Assembly (NCBI GenBank): GCA_964016885.1
Contig: OZ024749.1
Coordinates: forward strand, 47,864,001 to 47,928,000
Reading direction: 5' to 3'
DNA from: Eledone cirrhosa
Lineage: Eukaryota
DNA length: 64,000 nucleotides
Shown: piece by piece, positions 15,035 through 30,039 of the stretch
Layout: every line of letters begins with the position of its first letter
How positions within the stretch are numbered: position 1 is the stretch's first letter
Translations under genes and position numbers: made by a program
The notes under the pieces: generated by a model
What the model was told of the DNA's origin: nothing
The model's database searches: none
What the model saw: the letters and a program-made list of their open reading frames with translations, nothing else

Positions 15035-15040
<6 letters not shown>
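14345..15040 (+). mobile_element. Retrozyme-like HHR element, family B, ~1.3 tandem units of a 518-nt monomer
   Basis: Direct repeats 14365-14520 and 14879-15040 (period 518); one HHR; homologous along its length to the reverse complement of 25041-25746; flanked by (TA)n. Confidence 0.8.
14800..14871 (+). ncRNA. Type I hammerhead ribozyme
   Basis: ACTCC-CTGATGA-CGAAA...TTTCA-GAAA-CTAATTAG-TT-GGAGT. Perfect 5-bp stem I, intact core, palindromic stem III (AACTAATTAGTT), predicted GUU cleavage after 14866. Confidence 0.8.
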
Positions 15041-15094
<54 letters not shown>

Positions 15095-15243
15095 TGCCTT
15101 CGGATTTTCATGTTGATACTTATACTCAGTGTTACACCATTTAGCTGTTCCCTCGAATGGAATTGTAGATATACAAAAGCGTGGAGAACTTAATATTGCT
15201 AACATAAAGTCATTGGACCATTTTCACAACCAATATTGCACCT

Positions 15244-15318
<75 letters not shown>

Positions 15319-16072
15319 GGTTATTCGTTTCAACTCATAATTGTTGCTACATTCGGCTTACAACTATGCATGTGGAGGTAAGATTGTGTATTAAATCATT
15401 GACGTGTCTACTCTTTTTTCGATCATCTCTGAATTGGCTACCGGCGGTGGCAAGATTTATTGATTGAAAACAGAATCCACAATATTTTAGATGTTAGTGC
15501 TCTGTTACTCTTTGAATATATATATATATATATGTTCACTCACATTTACTTGTTTCGAATTGAAACTTGCTTTCATGGTCGCTTATTATACCAAAATAAA
15601 GCTATTGAAATATATATTCCGTATGTTGTATAGGTAGTGATGCGCATTCGAAATAGAATATCATATGTGATGAATTTGTTTACACAACATTCTTATATTG
15701 TCTACGAAACGTACAGAAGAGGATGTGTTCCTGAACGGCATTGTTTGCATAGCTAAAGTGAAATAACTTATCTCGAAGTCGACAAGGCGCCTAACTGAAT
15801 ATATTTGAGAAATTCGTAAACATATACGTTGCCAGTAAAGAAAAGGTATACATACACTCTTTAAATATTTTATAGAAAATAGTTTCATATATTTGGGTTA
15901 TGAATGCAAATATATGGAAAATTATTTTTTGCTTTTCTTATTTACAGATCGATAAAGCAAATAGTTATGGGAATTATGTCAAAGATAATTCGTTTAAAAA
16001 AATTGTCTTATTTTTATGAAAGAAATATTCGATCAATACTTCTTCCTCTTTTTATCCTCATCTGCCACTATA

Positions 16073-16180
16073 TCTTCTTCTTCTTCTTCTTCTTCTTCTT
16101 CTTCTTCTTCTTCTTCTTCTTCTTCTTCTTCTTCTTCTTCTTCTTCTTCTTCTTCTTCTTCTTCTTCTTCTTCTTCTTCT
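16073..16180. repeat. (TTC)n microsatellite
   Basis: Seen directly. Confidence 0.95.
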
Positions 16181-16243
16181 CTATATGCAACAGCAAACAG
16201 CCCTTTTTTAGTTAAATACTTATGTATATAAATACACACACTT

Positions 16244-16274
<31 letters not shown>

Positions 16275-16295
16275 TACACACACAAACACACACAA

Positions 16296-16403
<108 letters not shown>

Positions 16404-17076
16404 GTGGTGTGTATATTAGGTGCGTAGCAACAGTTACAGTCTGGGTGCTGTTCAAATCAGTCAATCTTCTTACGAGGTCAGTTTCGTTTGTGTTGTATTC
16501 CTGTATTACGACTGCATTGTCTAAAGTGTAAATATATTTACAATAGTGGAAATCAGGGTTGCAGCACATGTACAAAATGTATTTACTAATTCCGATTGTT
16601 CCGATATTGATCATCTAGTGATAAAATAATGGTGACGGGTCGCATATCAGAGCAGATATACGACCTTATATGTGCAAATTCATTTCCCAATTATTTCTAG
16701 CCTACAAAATATTTCCAAGTGTATGTTTCCTTCGTTCTAACTAGTACCTTATAAAAAACCATGCGTCGTCTACATGACTGGAAATATATATTATACTTAA
16801 TTGATAATGAAATATTCACGGCATTTGCCACTGCACATGTTTATATTAATGCAAAATAATTCTTGACACCATGCATGTTAATTATTTCCACTAGCTAAAA
16901 AATATCCATATTATTTCGGCATCAATTCTTCCATTGTAAATCCGATGATATCTATTTGTGCAGAAACGCTTGTAAGCAGTTTTCATTTGTCTTAAGAATA
17001 TAGGGTACTTTTCTCATAGCATGATAATTATTTGTGTGAACATAATTAATTGCATGGCATTATCTTGGCTTTTTAA

Positions 17077-17262
17077 GGGCGGTGGATTGGCAGTATCGGT
17101 AGAGGGTCGGACGCCATGCTTTCTAGCATAGTTACGTCCGTTTACAGTCTGAGTTCAAATCCCCCCGCGGTTAACTTTGCCTTTCATCCTTACGGGGTCG
17201 ATAAAATAAAGTACCAGTAATGTACTGGTTAATTGCTGGCCTTGTACCTAAAGTAGAAACAA
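17077..17262 (+). mobile_element. Full-length tRNA-derived SINE with 10-bp target-site duplication
   Basis: GGGCGGTGGATTGGCAGTATCGGTAG...GAGTTCAAATCCC...GCCTTTCATCCTTACGGGGTCGATAAAATAAAGTACCAG...AGAAAC; TCTTGGCTTT at 17063-17072 and 17266-17275. Confidence 0.88.
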
Positions 17263-17427
17263 TTTTCTTGGCTTTCCGTTCACTGTAGTGTTTTGTCTGC
17301 TGCCACAATCTGAGAAAGCAATCTTAATAAATTAATAATTGATCGTATATGACATTAAATAAACATGCTACACAAAAGTTTCCTATGCTTCTGTCCATAC
17401 TCATTTGCATTATATATATATATCTTT

Positions 17428-17618
17428 GGGCGGTGGATTGGCAATATCGGTAGAGGGTCGGACACCATGGTTTGCAGCATCGAGTTACGGACATTTATTG
17501 CCTGAGTTCAGATCCCACCGAGGTTAACTTTGCCTTTCATCCTTACGAGGTCAATAAAATAAAACGCCAGTAATGCATAGGGGATAATATCTCACCTTGT
17601 GCTAAAAGTAGAAACTAT
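17428..17618 (+). mobile_element. Second SINE copy, same family
   Basis: Colinear, diverged match to 17077-17262. Confidence 0.85.
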
Positions 17619-18719
17619 TACATATGTGTGAGCGCGTGTGTGTGTGTTCGTGTGTGAGTGTGTGTGTATGTGTGCGTGTGGGTGTATGCGTGTGCGCGCG
17701 AGAGAGAGTGTATGATTGTATTTACGTATTTTGAGATATGTGTGTGCATATTTATGTAGGTTAAAAGTAACTATGTATATGGGCATATTTATATAAACAT
17801 GTATGTATGTAGGGATGTAAAGATGTATATATGTATCTATGTAGTTAGATAGGTCGGATGATATTACCTATATATGCTTGCATGCATGTGAATGTATGTA
17901 TAGATAAATGTGAATACGTATTTGTGCAGGTGTGTACGTTAGTATGTATACATGAAACTAGTAGCTATTATGTATGTCTATTTGTATGCATGTATGTATG
18001 TGAGTGGTTAATGCCTCTGATTATCTAGTTCGTTGCACTACACTAAGACACTCACTTACTAAAATCTGTCCAGAAACGGTCACACTCACAGTTTGGAACT
18101 ATGCCAAATAGATTCTTAATGATGAAGGGAAAGATACAACCTCAAAGGTTCCAATCATCTCCATTGTCATATGTCATACCCATCGAAAACATAACAAAAT
18201 AAATATAATTGAGTAAAAAAAGAAAGCTTACAATATATGTTTGGCACAGTACACTAAGGATAATTTCTTCGTATGATAATTTGTGTGAATCATTCATTAT
18301 TTGTTTTACTTTCATCTTTATGGTCTAAAGAATATATTACGTTATTGAAACGTAATGCGATATATATATTCTACCCATCAAAGCATTGTTATTGTAATAT
18401 TGAAAATAAAGTAAAACAATTGTCAGAAACAAAAATAAGTAATGATTGTAAGATAGGATGGTTCTTGAAATAAAGATGATAGGTTTGCACAAATAATATC
18501 GTCCGCATTGTGATATTTATTATACTAGCTAGAAGGGTTGATGAGTTTTGTTGTAGCTATTTGCGTAAAATGGAGACGGATGTACTTAGAATCATTTATT
18601 GAAATATATTAGATTAAAAGGAAAGCTGCCAACATTTAATTTTTTATAAGAGAGACAATTTATGCGTACATATACAATCATTCACAGATATACGAACACA
18701 TATACACCTCTAAAATATA

Positions 18720-18813
<94 letters not shown>

Positions 18814-18952
18814 AATATATAAATATATATATATATATAGTAATAATAATAATAAATTTGAAGACTAAAATCCAAAGAGGGCTCGATAAGGATAAATATA
18901 TATGAAATATATAAGGAACGTAGAGCAAATATTTATTAAATAAACAGATTAA

Positions 18953-19003
18953 AGTTTAAGCAAAGAATCGCTGCTTTCACCATTAACGGGATCTTCTGAA
19001 ACT
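18953..19003 (-). ncRNA. Hammerhead-like fold in the pLTR with non-canonical CAGAAGA core
   Basis: Minus strand: AGTTT-CAGAAGA-TCCCGTTAATGGT-GAAA-GCA(9 nt)TGC-TT-AAACT. Stem I 5 bp, stem III 4 bp; same fold at 58559 and 59536. Confidence 0.5.
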
Positions 19004-20044
19004 AACAAAGTCAATCTGTGAACGCAGAAGTGAATATTTCAAAAAACGTTGCAACCGGACGAAGACAGGATGACGATACTTTGGTTTGTGGAAACGTTCC
19101 CTGGCAAAGAACGGGAAAAAAACGAATATAATACGTCATTGTTTGGAGCGGTGAAAAACAATTACACGCAAAGACAAAACCACGTTTATTCTATAAAAGA
19201 AGTCGTAGACTAATATTCTATTAGGTGGTTCATAGAGACGTTCTCTGCGAATGAACGGAAAAAACGAAGATAATACGTCATATGAGGAGCGGAGAGAACA
19301 ATTGCTCGCACTGACAAAACCACGTAAATGGTATAGCAGTAATTCGTAGACTAAAATTCTAACTAGGAAACCGAATGATTCTCGGCTTCAGAGTTAAGAA
19401 TAAAGTAAATAAAATACAGAGGTAAATGAAATTAAATAAATACATACACACGCATCCATATACGTACATACACAAGCATACGCGAAAACATTCGCCATAA
19501 GTATACAAATACACGCACGTGCACACAAAAAGACAAAAAAAAAACGCCGCACATACAGAACTCACGCAACACCTGTACCCGCACGCATACGAATGTATAC
19601 ACTAAATACACATAAATATATATATATATGTGTGCGTGTGTGCGTGTGTGTGTGCGTGTATACATATAATCAAATAAACGTATATAAATAAATAAATACG
19701 TATATAACAAGCGCACACACAAACCTACATGTAAATACACTTATGTTCCGAGACATACGTCAACCAAAACACGAAGTACACATATACACACACCCTACAT
19801 ACGTACGAATCCGCATACTCACACAGAAGCAAACTCACGTATAAACATAACCAAAAGCATATGTACCAGAAAAAATAATGTATACGCCATAACATATACA
19901 ATCAAATATACGTACGAGAAAGTATACGTTCCTTTACAAAACATACAGGTAATATATACTTACCTATACAAATAAGTAATGGTATAAACATAACATATAC
20001 TTAGCTACCACATCAAGACGTAAAATATCCGCGTATAGTTCGTA

Positions 20045-21346
20045 CTATTCGTTATGATATAATGTGGGGCTGTAATACAGGAAAGTTTTGTACAATTTAT
20101 GTTTACAAGCCGAAATTACCTCAGCTTTTTTGTTTAAGGTGTGGTATTTGGCGTAGAGTATTTCCAGGGCCTCAGCGGCGCAGAGGTCACATGGTCTTTT
20201 ATTTATGTTATATGATCTAGCCCTAGCTAGTGTCTCCCAGTGTAAATTGTATTGGGTCTGGTTGTCTTTTAGACTCCAGATATAAGCTGAAAGTGACGTC
20301 ATATTCCTTCTTAAATGGTAACGAAAAGAATGGGTATGCATGTAAGGACGCTGCATGAATTTATTGGCGGTTAACCCTATGTAGGCCCTACGGGACGTGG
20401 GTGTTTCAACCTCACATTTGTAGACAATCTTACTAGAGAGGCATTTCCCGGATGCGGAGCAGTCAACCCGAATCCTATAATTACTGTTAGTACTAACTAC
20501 AGTGTTGCACGTGTTCCTACGGCTAGGTAGTTTAGCTAAATGTGAAGCTGTGATTTTATGTGCAAGGTTAGGTGTCGTAGAGTAAGACATTTTAATACTA
20601 TTTCTATTAAAAATGTTACTATATGTATGTGTAGGGGGAAAATGCTTCGCAATAAGGGAGAGCAAGATCTTAGCTAATGTTGTGGCCACCTCCATAATAT
20701 ATGGTGGGTCATACCATATAATATGTCGAGATTTATTTCTTCTATGTCTATTCTCGTACTCTGTATATGCTACCTTATCGACAAATCCACTCCGAGTAAG
20801 AGCTTCATTGTAATATGTGGAATGGTCGTTGAAAATATGCTCGTTAGTAGATAGACGGGAAAGCCTCAAAGAAACGTTTCTTACCAGGTCCTTGGTTTGC
20901 TGGCAGGATGGTTAGAATGCTTACTTATGTAATTAAGCGTATCATTCGGCTTTCTATACGGGTAATGTAAGCCAATCGATACATTGAGGGTAACGTCGAG
21001 GTAATTAACGACCGAAAGGTTGACCTCAACCTGTATGGAGAGGTTGAAGCATTTAAAGAAGGCTGTGAGTTCTTTTCTGAACCTGTCGCAAGCACGTGGA
21101 CCGCACTTAGTCATGGTCAAAACACCATCATCACGTTGGGGTATTCGTCCTTGATAGAGAAAATAAGGAAAAGGCTGATAATATCATAACCTCCGCAGAA
21201 TCGCTGGCGCCCATACTCACGTCGAATGGGGCACTTTTTTAATCCAAATAGAGTCGTCGAAATTAATCACCGACTTACGGGCATTGAGGATGACATCAAC
21301 TTCGAAATCCTTAACAACTGTAAGTGTTTTAGCGAAATTGATAGCT
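20045..21346 (-). pseudogene. Penelope-like RT (C-terminal half) + GIY-YIG endonuclease, frameshifted
   Basis: FDVSMGASDSAEV, RDDG, VNYLDVTLN..YPYRKPN..YISKHSNHP, IIWYDPPY..KHFP..IFNRNSIKMSYS, IVYKCEV..AYIGLT..F, CDLC..E. Confidence 0.9.
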
Positions 21347-22336
21347 GTCTTGATGTGGTAGCTACTTATATGGTATGTCTATACCATTACTTATTTGTAT
21401 AGGTAAGTATATATTACATGTATGTTTTGTGAAAGTACGTATACCTTCTCGTACGTATATTTGATTGTATATGTTATGGCGTATATATTATTTTTTCTGG
21501 TACATATGCTTTTGCTTAAGGGTACACGTGAGTTTTGCGTGTGTGAGTATGCGGGTTCGTACGTATGTAGGGTGTGTGTATATGTGTACTTCGTGTTTTG
21601 GTTGATGTAGGTCTCAAAACATAGTGTATTTACATGTAGGTTTGTGTGTGCGCTTGTTATATACGTATTTATTTATTTATATATGTTTATTTGATTACAT
21701 GTATGCACGCACACACACACATATATATATATATATGTTTTTATATATATTTTTATGTATATTTGGTGTATACATTCGTATGCGTGCGGGTACAGGCGTT
21801 GCGTGGGTTCTGTATGTGCGTGCGTTTTTTTTTGTTTTTTTGTGTACGTGCGTGTATTTGTATACATATGGCGAGTGTTTTCGCGTAGCCTTGTGTACGT
21901 ACGTATATGGATGCGTGTGTATGTATTTATTTAATTTCATTTACCTCCATATCTCATTTACTTTATTCTTAGTTCTGCATCCGTGAATCATTCGGTTTCC
22001 TCGTTAGAATTTTAGTCTACGTCTTCAGTTATACCATTTACGTGGTTTTGTCTTTGCGTGCAATTGTTCTCCCCGCTCCACATATGACGTATTATCTTCC
22101 TTTTTTCCGTTCATTGATAGAGAACATCTCTTTGAACCACCTGATAGAATATTAGTCTACAACTTCTTTAATACCATAAACATGGTTTTGTCTTTGCGTG
22201 TAATTGTTTTTCACCGTCCAAATAATGACGTATAATATTCGTTTTTTTCCCGTTCTTTGCCAGGGAACATTTCCACGAACCCAAGTATCGTCTTTCTGTC
22301 TTCCTCCGGTTTCAACCGTTTTTCTTTAATCTGTTA

Positions 22337-23000
<664 letters not shown>

Positions 23001-23001
23001 G

Positions 23002-23265
23002 CAGAAGTTCTAATTAAATTGTTGGGATACAAGAAGCAAATAATTTTATAACTGATGTAAAGCACTCAACAAATTATTGGAGTAAAAATACGATATATTA
23101 CCAAATGGAAACTATATTTATAAAACCATATTTATTTAAGTATACATATTTCAAGGACACCAAGTTAAATTATGGTGTGCTTTCATTAAATAAAATATAA
23201 TAGAGATCAGTTTTATAAATAAATATTGAAATACCCTTAAAAAATGCGACCATTTCTGTTGGAAC
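23002..23265 (-). mobile_element. pLTR-like family A, copy 3 (not folded back; HHR core mutated)
   Basis: Colinear with 5685-5880 and 5215-5350. Minus strand TTAATGA-AAGCACACCA..TGGTGTCCTT-GAAA-TATGTA-TA at 23136-23195. Confidence 0.65.
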
Positions 23266-24931
23266 CTCCTGGATAGTGGGGTTATTAAATTTATTTAGTC
23301 TGTTATGCTAATTAGTGTTGGATATGTTTAAATCACAGTAGATTTAAAATAAGCCGTTGAAGTATGGAAAAATGGAAAGAAAAAGAAAAAGAGAAACAAA
23401 AAGAGAAAAAAAGAAGAAAAAAAGAGCAAACACTAAGAGTAAAATAAGAAAACAAGAGAAAGAGAAAGAGAAAGAGATGAAAAACAGAAAAAAGAAAGAG
23501 AAAGAGAAAAAGAAAGAGAAAGCCCTAAATGATAGGTTGTTGTATTAGCGTAACTTTTAAGATGAATTGAAAAAATGAATATTTATTGGATGAGTTAGGA
23601 AGAGTAAATAAGCGTGAATAGAAAATAAATAAATAATAATAATAACGAGAATTTTATTCAGTGTTTAAATATGATTAAATGTTTAGTTTATCAATTAAAT
23701 TATCAATTAAATTATTGAGATCTATACATTAAAATTGAGATCTATATATTATTAAAACTATATATTATTAAAACCTATATATTATTAAAAGAATATATTC
23801 TTATATATACATACGCACACATATATATATACTCATATACATATATATATATGCATACACATACATATATATACATACAATAAAATATTGTTTTTGTTTA
23901 AGGTATAGGAATTTTTCTAAACTTTTTCTAAAATTTTTCTAAACTTTTTCTAAACTTTTTCGGAGAAATCGGAGAAGAAATCGGAGAAGAAATCGGAGAA
24001 AAATCATTTCTATGTAATAGCAAAACAGCGTGAAGGAAATTAAGTTATTTACTTATATTAAATGTTATAAATGAAATTTGATAATAAAGAAAAGTTAAGA
24101 TTATACAAACCTTATATTATTTAATAGTAAGTTATAATTTTATAAATTTTATAAATTGCATATCTAATAAATCCACCTGTTATGTAGTCGTGACTGTTAT
24201 TATATAAGTTTGTTTAGCATAAACTGTAAGAAATCCTTTATAACAGAGTGCATTCGAATTGTATGTATATATACATATACACAACCCCTACATAGACACA
24301 TACACATATATATACACATACCGGTAGACATGCATCATATATATAGAGAGAGAGATAAATATAAAGTACATAGTATAATTAAAGTGCATAATATATAAAA
24401 TAAAATAAAAATGAATTATAGCTTTAAAAGGAATTACGATTTGGAAATATATTCATACAATATAACTTTAAAGCAATATCATTTTTTTCAAATATAATTT
24501 TAAAAAATTTTTTTAAATATAAAAAAAAATATTTTAAGATATAATTTTAAAATAAGAATATGTCTAAAAATTCAGTATAAAAATGAATTTAAATTTTTTT
24601 TACATATAATATTTAACTCTCAGTATTTTTAACTTAATTTTTATAACCATATGAGATATTTTCAAAGAAAAAGAAAGAGAAACTTTCAAAAATAGGAGAA
24701 ACTTTCAAAGAAAATAGTTTGCCTTATTAAGAGCTTTCAGTATGTTTATCTAGAACAATTTTCAGGAAAAATTTGTTTTTATATAATTAGAGTTTTATCG
24801 ATAGGTTCAATATATTTAATAGAATGAGTTATATATTACATTTTAAATGTATATTTAAACGTTGAATTCAATCTATGTTTGCAACAACTGAATAGATTGC
24901 TTCTTATGTTCAAGGAATTTTTTGCTTTTTA

Positions 24932-25041
<110 letters not shown>

Positions 25042-25093
25042 AGAGACGTAAAATAAGAAAATTATAAAATTAACTTACTTACTAAAATTTCAC

Positions 25094-25171
25094 ACCCAAC
25101 TAATTAGTTTCTGAAAGGGAATAAATATACTTTCCGAAGAATATATAAAGAAGCCTTTCGTCGTCAGGGAA
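25094..25171 (-). ncRNA. Type I hammerhead ribozyme (downstream copy)
   Basis: Minus strand: TTCC-CTGACGA-C-GAAAGG...CCTTTC-A-GAAA-CTAATTAG-TT-GGGT; predicted cleavage between 25098 and 25097. Confidence 0.78.
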
Positions 25172-25618
25172 GTCTATTCTCAGCTAAGTTTCTAGGCAAA
25201 GCGTGGACTCTGGGAACTTATACAAAAATAATTCAGTGGATAGAAAATAGCAAAGCGTGGACTGAGTTCCTAGCCACTGAGAAAATCACTGCCTACTGCG
25301 TCGATGGCAAATTAAAAAAGAATCAATCACGTGACATCGAGGTCAATCAGTGGAAAGTGGTTTGTTAAGAAGACAGCAGCCTGCCTGCTACCATAGCAGC
25401 AGTCTTGGCCAATATTGCTCGACAATTAATTTGGAGATAATTATAAAGAATTAATATATCTAGTAACATATATATACACACAGATGCATACCAATGCTAG
25501 CAAATACATAGGTTTTGTCTTAGTAACTTTGTGGTTCAATGCATGGGGTTGCAGAACAATAATATGAGAGACGTAACATAAGAAAATTATAAGATTAACT
25601 TACTTACTAAAATTTCAC

Positions 25619-25696
25619 TCCCAACTAATTAGTTTCTGAAAGGAAATAAATATACTTTCAGAAGAAAATATGGAGAAGCCTTTCGTCGTCAGGGAA
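25619..25696 (-). ncRNA. Type I hammerhead ribozyme (upstream copy)
   Basis: Minus strand: TTCC-CTGACGA-C-GAAAGG...CCTTTC-A-GAAA-CTAATTAG-TT-GGGA; predicted cleavage between 25623 and 25622. Confidence 0.82.
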
Positions 25697-26954
25697 TTCT
25701 ATTCTCAGCTAAGTTTCCAGGCAAAGCGTGGACTCTGGGAACTTATATATATATATATATATATATATGATATATATATGATATGTGTGTGCGTGTGTAT
25801 TTACGTATACCAAACACTCAGACATATATATATACATGTGTCTATGTGTGTGCTTGCCTCAGTGTATGCACATGCATATATCTTTATGTTTCATATATAT
25901 ATGTATATACCAATTCGGTGAAATGTGGCTCAGACTTACTGGAATGAAGGAATAATGAACAATTTTAACACATAGAATGTCACAAAATTATTTTGTTATC
26001 TGTAGAAATAAACGCGTATATTTTTAACTCTTATAGTTAAAGTGCCAATACATTCGTGGTAACAGTGGCAAGCAACAGAGAAATATAGAAACGTACGAAC
26101 ACGCAAATATTAAGAGGAATATTTTACTTGAAGTTAAAGACGTACACGCTTGAACACTGAGGGGTTTACTCATACATTCAGGTGCATTCAAATACGTAAA
26201 TGTTTGCATACACATTTACGTACGAGCACGCGCCATAGAAAAACCGTGCGAACACCTGTCTAATTAATGTGGTGTCATTTATGTGAATGTGTCATTGGAA
26301 TGTTTTATTTTATACAAGAACATACACGTTTCAATATTTTTGCATCCCTCTCATGTATGCCTCACATGAAAACCCGATTACTTCCCCTCCTCTTTGTGTA
26401 GAAAATACTTCACTGGAACATCTAAAAGTGGCAAAACAATTATATTACATTCAACAATTAGGTTTTTGTACAAAACTTCCATTATTTCCGAATATATTCC
26501 TGAAAGAAATTCACACATTATTCGACTTTCATTGATATTTCAGGTAAAAGAGGGTATAAGATGTTGACATGTAAATACAAATGCATTTCAAATTATGCTT
26601 CCATGTTGCCTAAAAATCATACGTGAGGCGATGTAGATATTTCCTGGACTAGTTTCCTTGTTTAACAATCTACTATAACATTGCTTTCAACTTCCTATTA
26701 ATCTATTATGTGGCTCTTCTCTGTAACCTCTATATGTCACGGGATACTAATCTGAATTTGCTAACTACTGCCGCCTTCAAACTGATCGTATGAGTTTGTT
26801 CTTTTTCCTACTTAAATTTGTGTAGCCGAGTAAGAGAGAGACGTATAAAATAAGTGGGGCATAAACAAATCAAAAATTCATATGAGAACACTTTTTTTAA
26901 AAGTTCGTTATTGTGATGTCATAAATAGAACAAAGCTTTCTGAAGATTCCGTTC

Positions 26955-26989
<35 letters not shown>

Positions 26990-27336
26990 TATATATGTCA
27001 CAGAACAAGTGTTGTTTGTGTTCAATATATATATATGTTTATATATATTGAACACAAGCAACACACTGGCTCACTGACACGACTTTATTACAAAACAGAA
27101 TTAAATATTTACGATTACACAAAAAAACGGAACGGTGCAAATATTTGAGAGATGTCCCTGGCATGATTTATGAGAGAAATGGAAAGCTATGAGAGAAATT
27201 TAGCTGAATTCAGGAGTTCATCTATATACATTTTCTCGTTTCAAAATAGTAATACACATACACTCACATAGCCGCATACATATACACATGCATATATATA
27301 TGCATATGCATATATATGCACATGCATATGTATATA

Positions 27337-27463
<127 letters not shown>

Positions 27464-27714
27464 AATTATCGTTGTTATTAACAATGGATATGTTTACATA
27501 AAAAAAGTATACAAAATTTAAAACTGGATTCAGCTGACGTTTTACATCTTAACTTTAGATCTCACTCATAAATCATGTCGAAAAGTTGGCTAAATATTTT
27601 CACAGTTACATTTATTTTCGTTTAGTAAAATTGCAATAGAATTGTATTGTATAATAAATATAATAGAAAAGATTTGCTTGAAGCAAATATAAAATAAAGT
27701 ATCTCCCTCTCCCC

Positions 27715-27751
<37 letters not shown>

Positions 27752-27950
27752 AAACGAAGCAATTGTGGTAAGGAACCAGATGGAGCATACCATAACGCAC
27801 CAAAGTACTCAATAGGAGAATGGTTAATAGGAACAAGTATGACGTCGACGGAAGAGCTCGAACCGTTTCGACGGCTATTTCTGGACTTCGAGTCCAGAAA
27901 TAGCCGTCCAAATGGCTTGAGCTCTGCCGTCGGGGTCATACTTGTTAATA
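27752..27950. mobile_element. Fold-back hairpin element, family C
   Basis: ~56-bp stem 27832-27946 closed by CTGGACT-TCG-AGTCCAG; related to 14152-14252 and 62134-62320. Confidence 0.75.
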
Positions 27951-28402
27951 TATATATATATCTATGTGTGCGTGTGTGTGTGGGGGGGGGGTATGTATGT
28001 GTGTGTGTTTGTGCGTGTGAGTGAGTGTGTTAGCGTGTATTTCTGTATGGCCCTTTATATATAAATTGATATTATATAGTCGATATTGAATATGCGTACT
28101 AATGACGGTTTAGGAGGATTTTTTTACTTTACGACTTGTATATGTGGTGGCAAATGCACGATGATATAACTGTTCAGGTTTATTCTAAGTGCACGCTAAA
28201 TATTAAGGTGTAGAAACACATTCACGCACAAATACATTTACATAAAGGAAAATGACGAAAAGGATAACAGACAGAAACACAAAACCAATTATTTCGTTAG
28301 AAAGATTGAAAGAACATGGAAAACAGAAGAGAAAAGTAAATGGAAGTTCATATGTTTATATCAATAATTGCCATCCTACTAACAACCACACTTTGCAACA
28401 CA

Positions 28403-28495
<93 letters not shown>

Positions 28496-28726
28496 CCAAG
28501 TACACATGTGTATACAAACAGGCAATTAAACATGTATAGGTAAACATGCTCAAGGAAGAGATGTCAGGTGCATTCCCTGTCGTCTTCACTTATGGACCCA
28601 TAACATCTGACTAATGATGCAGACGTATATATCATTATCGTATGTGATCCAGAAACCTTTGGTAATGGAGTAGTTATATCTTGTGTTGTTCACTTTCTAA
28701 TTAATATATATAGAGAGAGAGAAACA

Positions 28727-29010
28727 AAAAATCAGTGATGCAACTGGACTCAGTTTATTGCGTCTTACAATTGTTTCGCCGGCAGGTAGCTCGAGACATG
28801 ATCAGTGTATGGATCTTGCTGATTCTACGGGTGCAGGTTCCTTCGGACACGGGCAGTTCGTTCGGAGCACATTTTCTCAATTGTAACACGCAATAAAGTC
28901 CAGATGCATCACTGATTTTTCGTTTTTATACCATCCACACTCTGCTATGTATGAATATTGAGTGCTAAAATTGGCATACCGCCTATGGAAGCACCATAGC
29001 TACCATTATA
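28727..29010. mobile_element. Short inverted-repeat (pLTR-like) element with decayed HHR
   Basis: Inverted arms 28727-28773 and 28878-28920. Minus strand CGTGT-CCGAAGG...GAAACAATTGTA-AGACG at 28761-28851. Confidence 0.55.
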
Positions 29011-29015
29011 CACAC

Positions 29016-29077
<62 letters not shown>

Positions 29078-30039
29078 TAGTGACATTGGTATAAATCTGT
29101 TAGCATTTCGATATTAACGTCCTCCTCCATTTTGTCGTCTGGTCGGATAAATAAATCATATATTTCATCCAGAGTATCTGACTTTGTTGCCGAGAAGCAT
29201 ATGAATAGGAAGTTGGTCTGGTCCCTTAACGCACAGTCGGTTTTCTAAAATCAAATAAACTATGCAATATATTATATAATCATATATATACACCGAATGG
29301 AATAACTGAAGGAAAAAGGGTGAAAATGTTGATTTTAGAACTCACCTGGCATTGTTGGTAAGTGTCTAAACAACAACAACATCAACAAGAAGACTGACAA
29401 CAATAATACCAAGAAGGAAAGCGTATATATATATTAAACTACGTTTTTTTAATATAAATATTGAATGATGGCCGTGATGATATAGAACATTCTTATCATC
29501 AAACATACGATTTGAATATATTTTATTTGGGCTTGCACATTCGAAATAACGCAAATATAACGTAATTTGAAAGAATGTTCATTATTTTGCGCTGTTCATG
29601 AATTTCAAAGTCTTCCTTTTTATTCAACACTTATAGAAATACGTGAATATGTTCTTCAATTATATGAGAAACCATAGATTCACATTTTTTATAGAACATA
29701 AATTTGATTAAGTTTTAGATATAACAAAAAATCCATCGAATATATATGAATATAAATAGATAATATCTAGCTGTCTCATACACGACGCATAATATTTAAG
29801 ATATACCGTATTCGATTAAATATTTCTAACTATCGAACAGCCAATATTGAGCGGCATTAGTATATGATAATGATAATAATGATAACAGTCCTAATACTAC
29901 TAATAATAATTAAAATAATAATCACACAATAAGTTTATTTATATACAATATTAGTATGCTCTAATTTTCTATTCTAATTTTTCTATTCTAATTTTCTATT
30001 CATTTAGCATGGAATCCGATGGATTATACAAATTCTTCA

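Noticed and set aside
17077-17170. tRNA gene
   Set aside because: A/B-box-like motifs belong to a multi-copy SINE head; no complete cloverleaf.
23880-24930. Possible mitochondrial rRNA insertion (NUMT)
   Set aside because: AT richness and faint resemblance only; no conserved 16S/12S motif matched convincingly.
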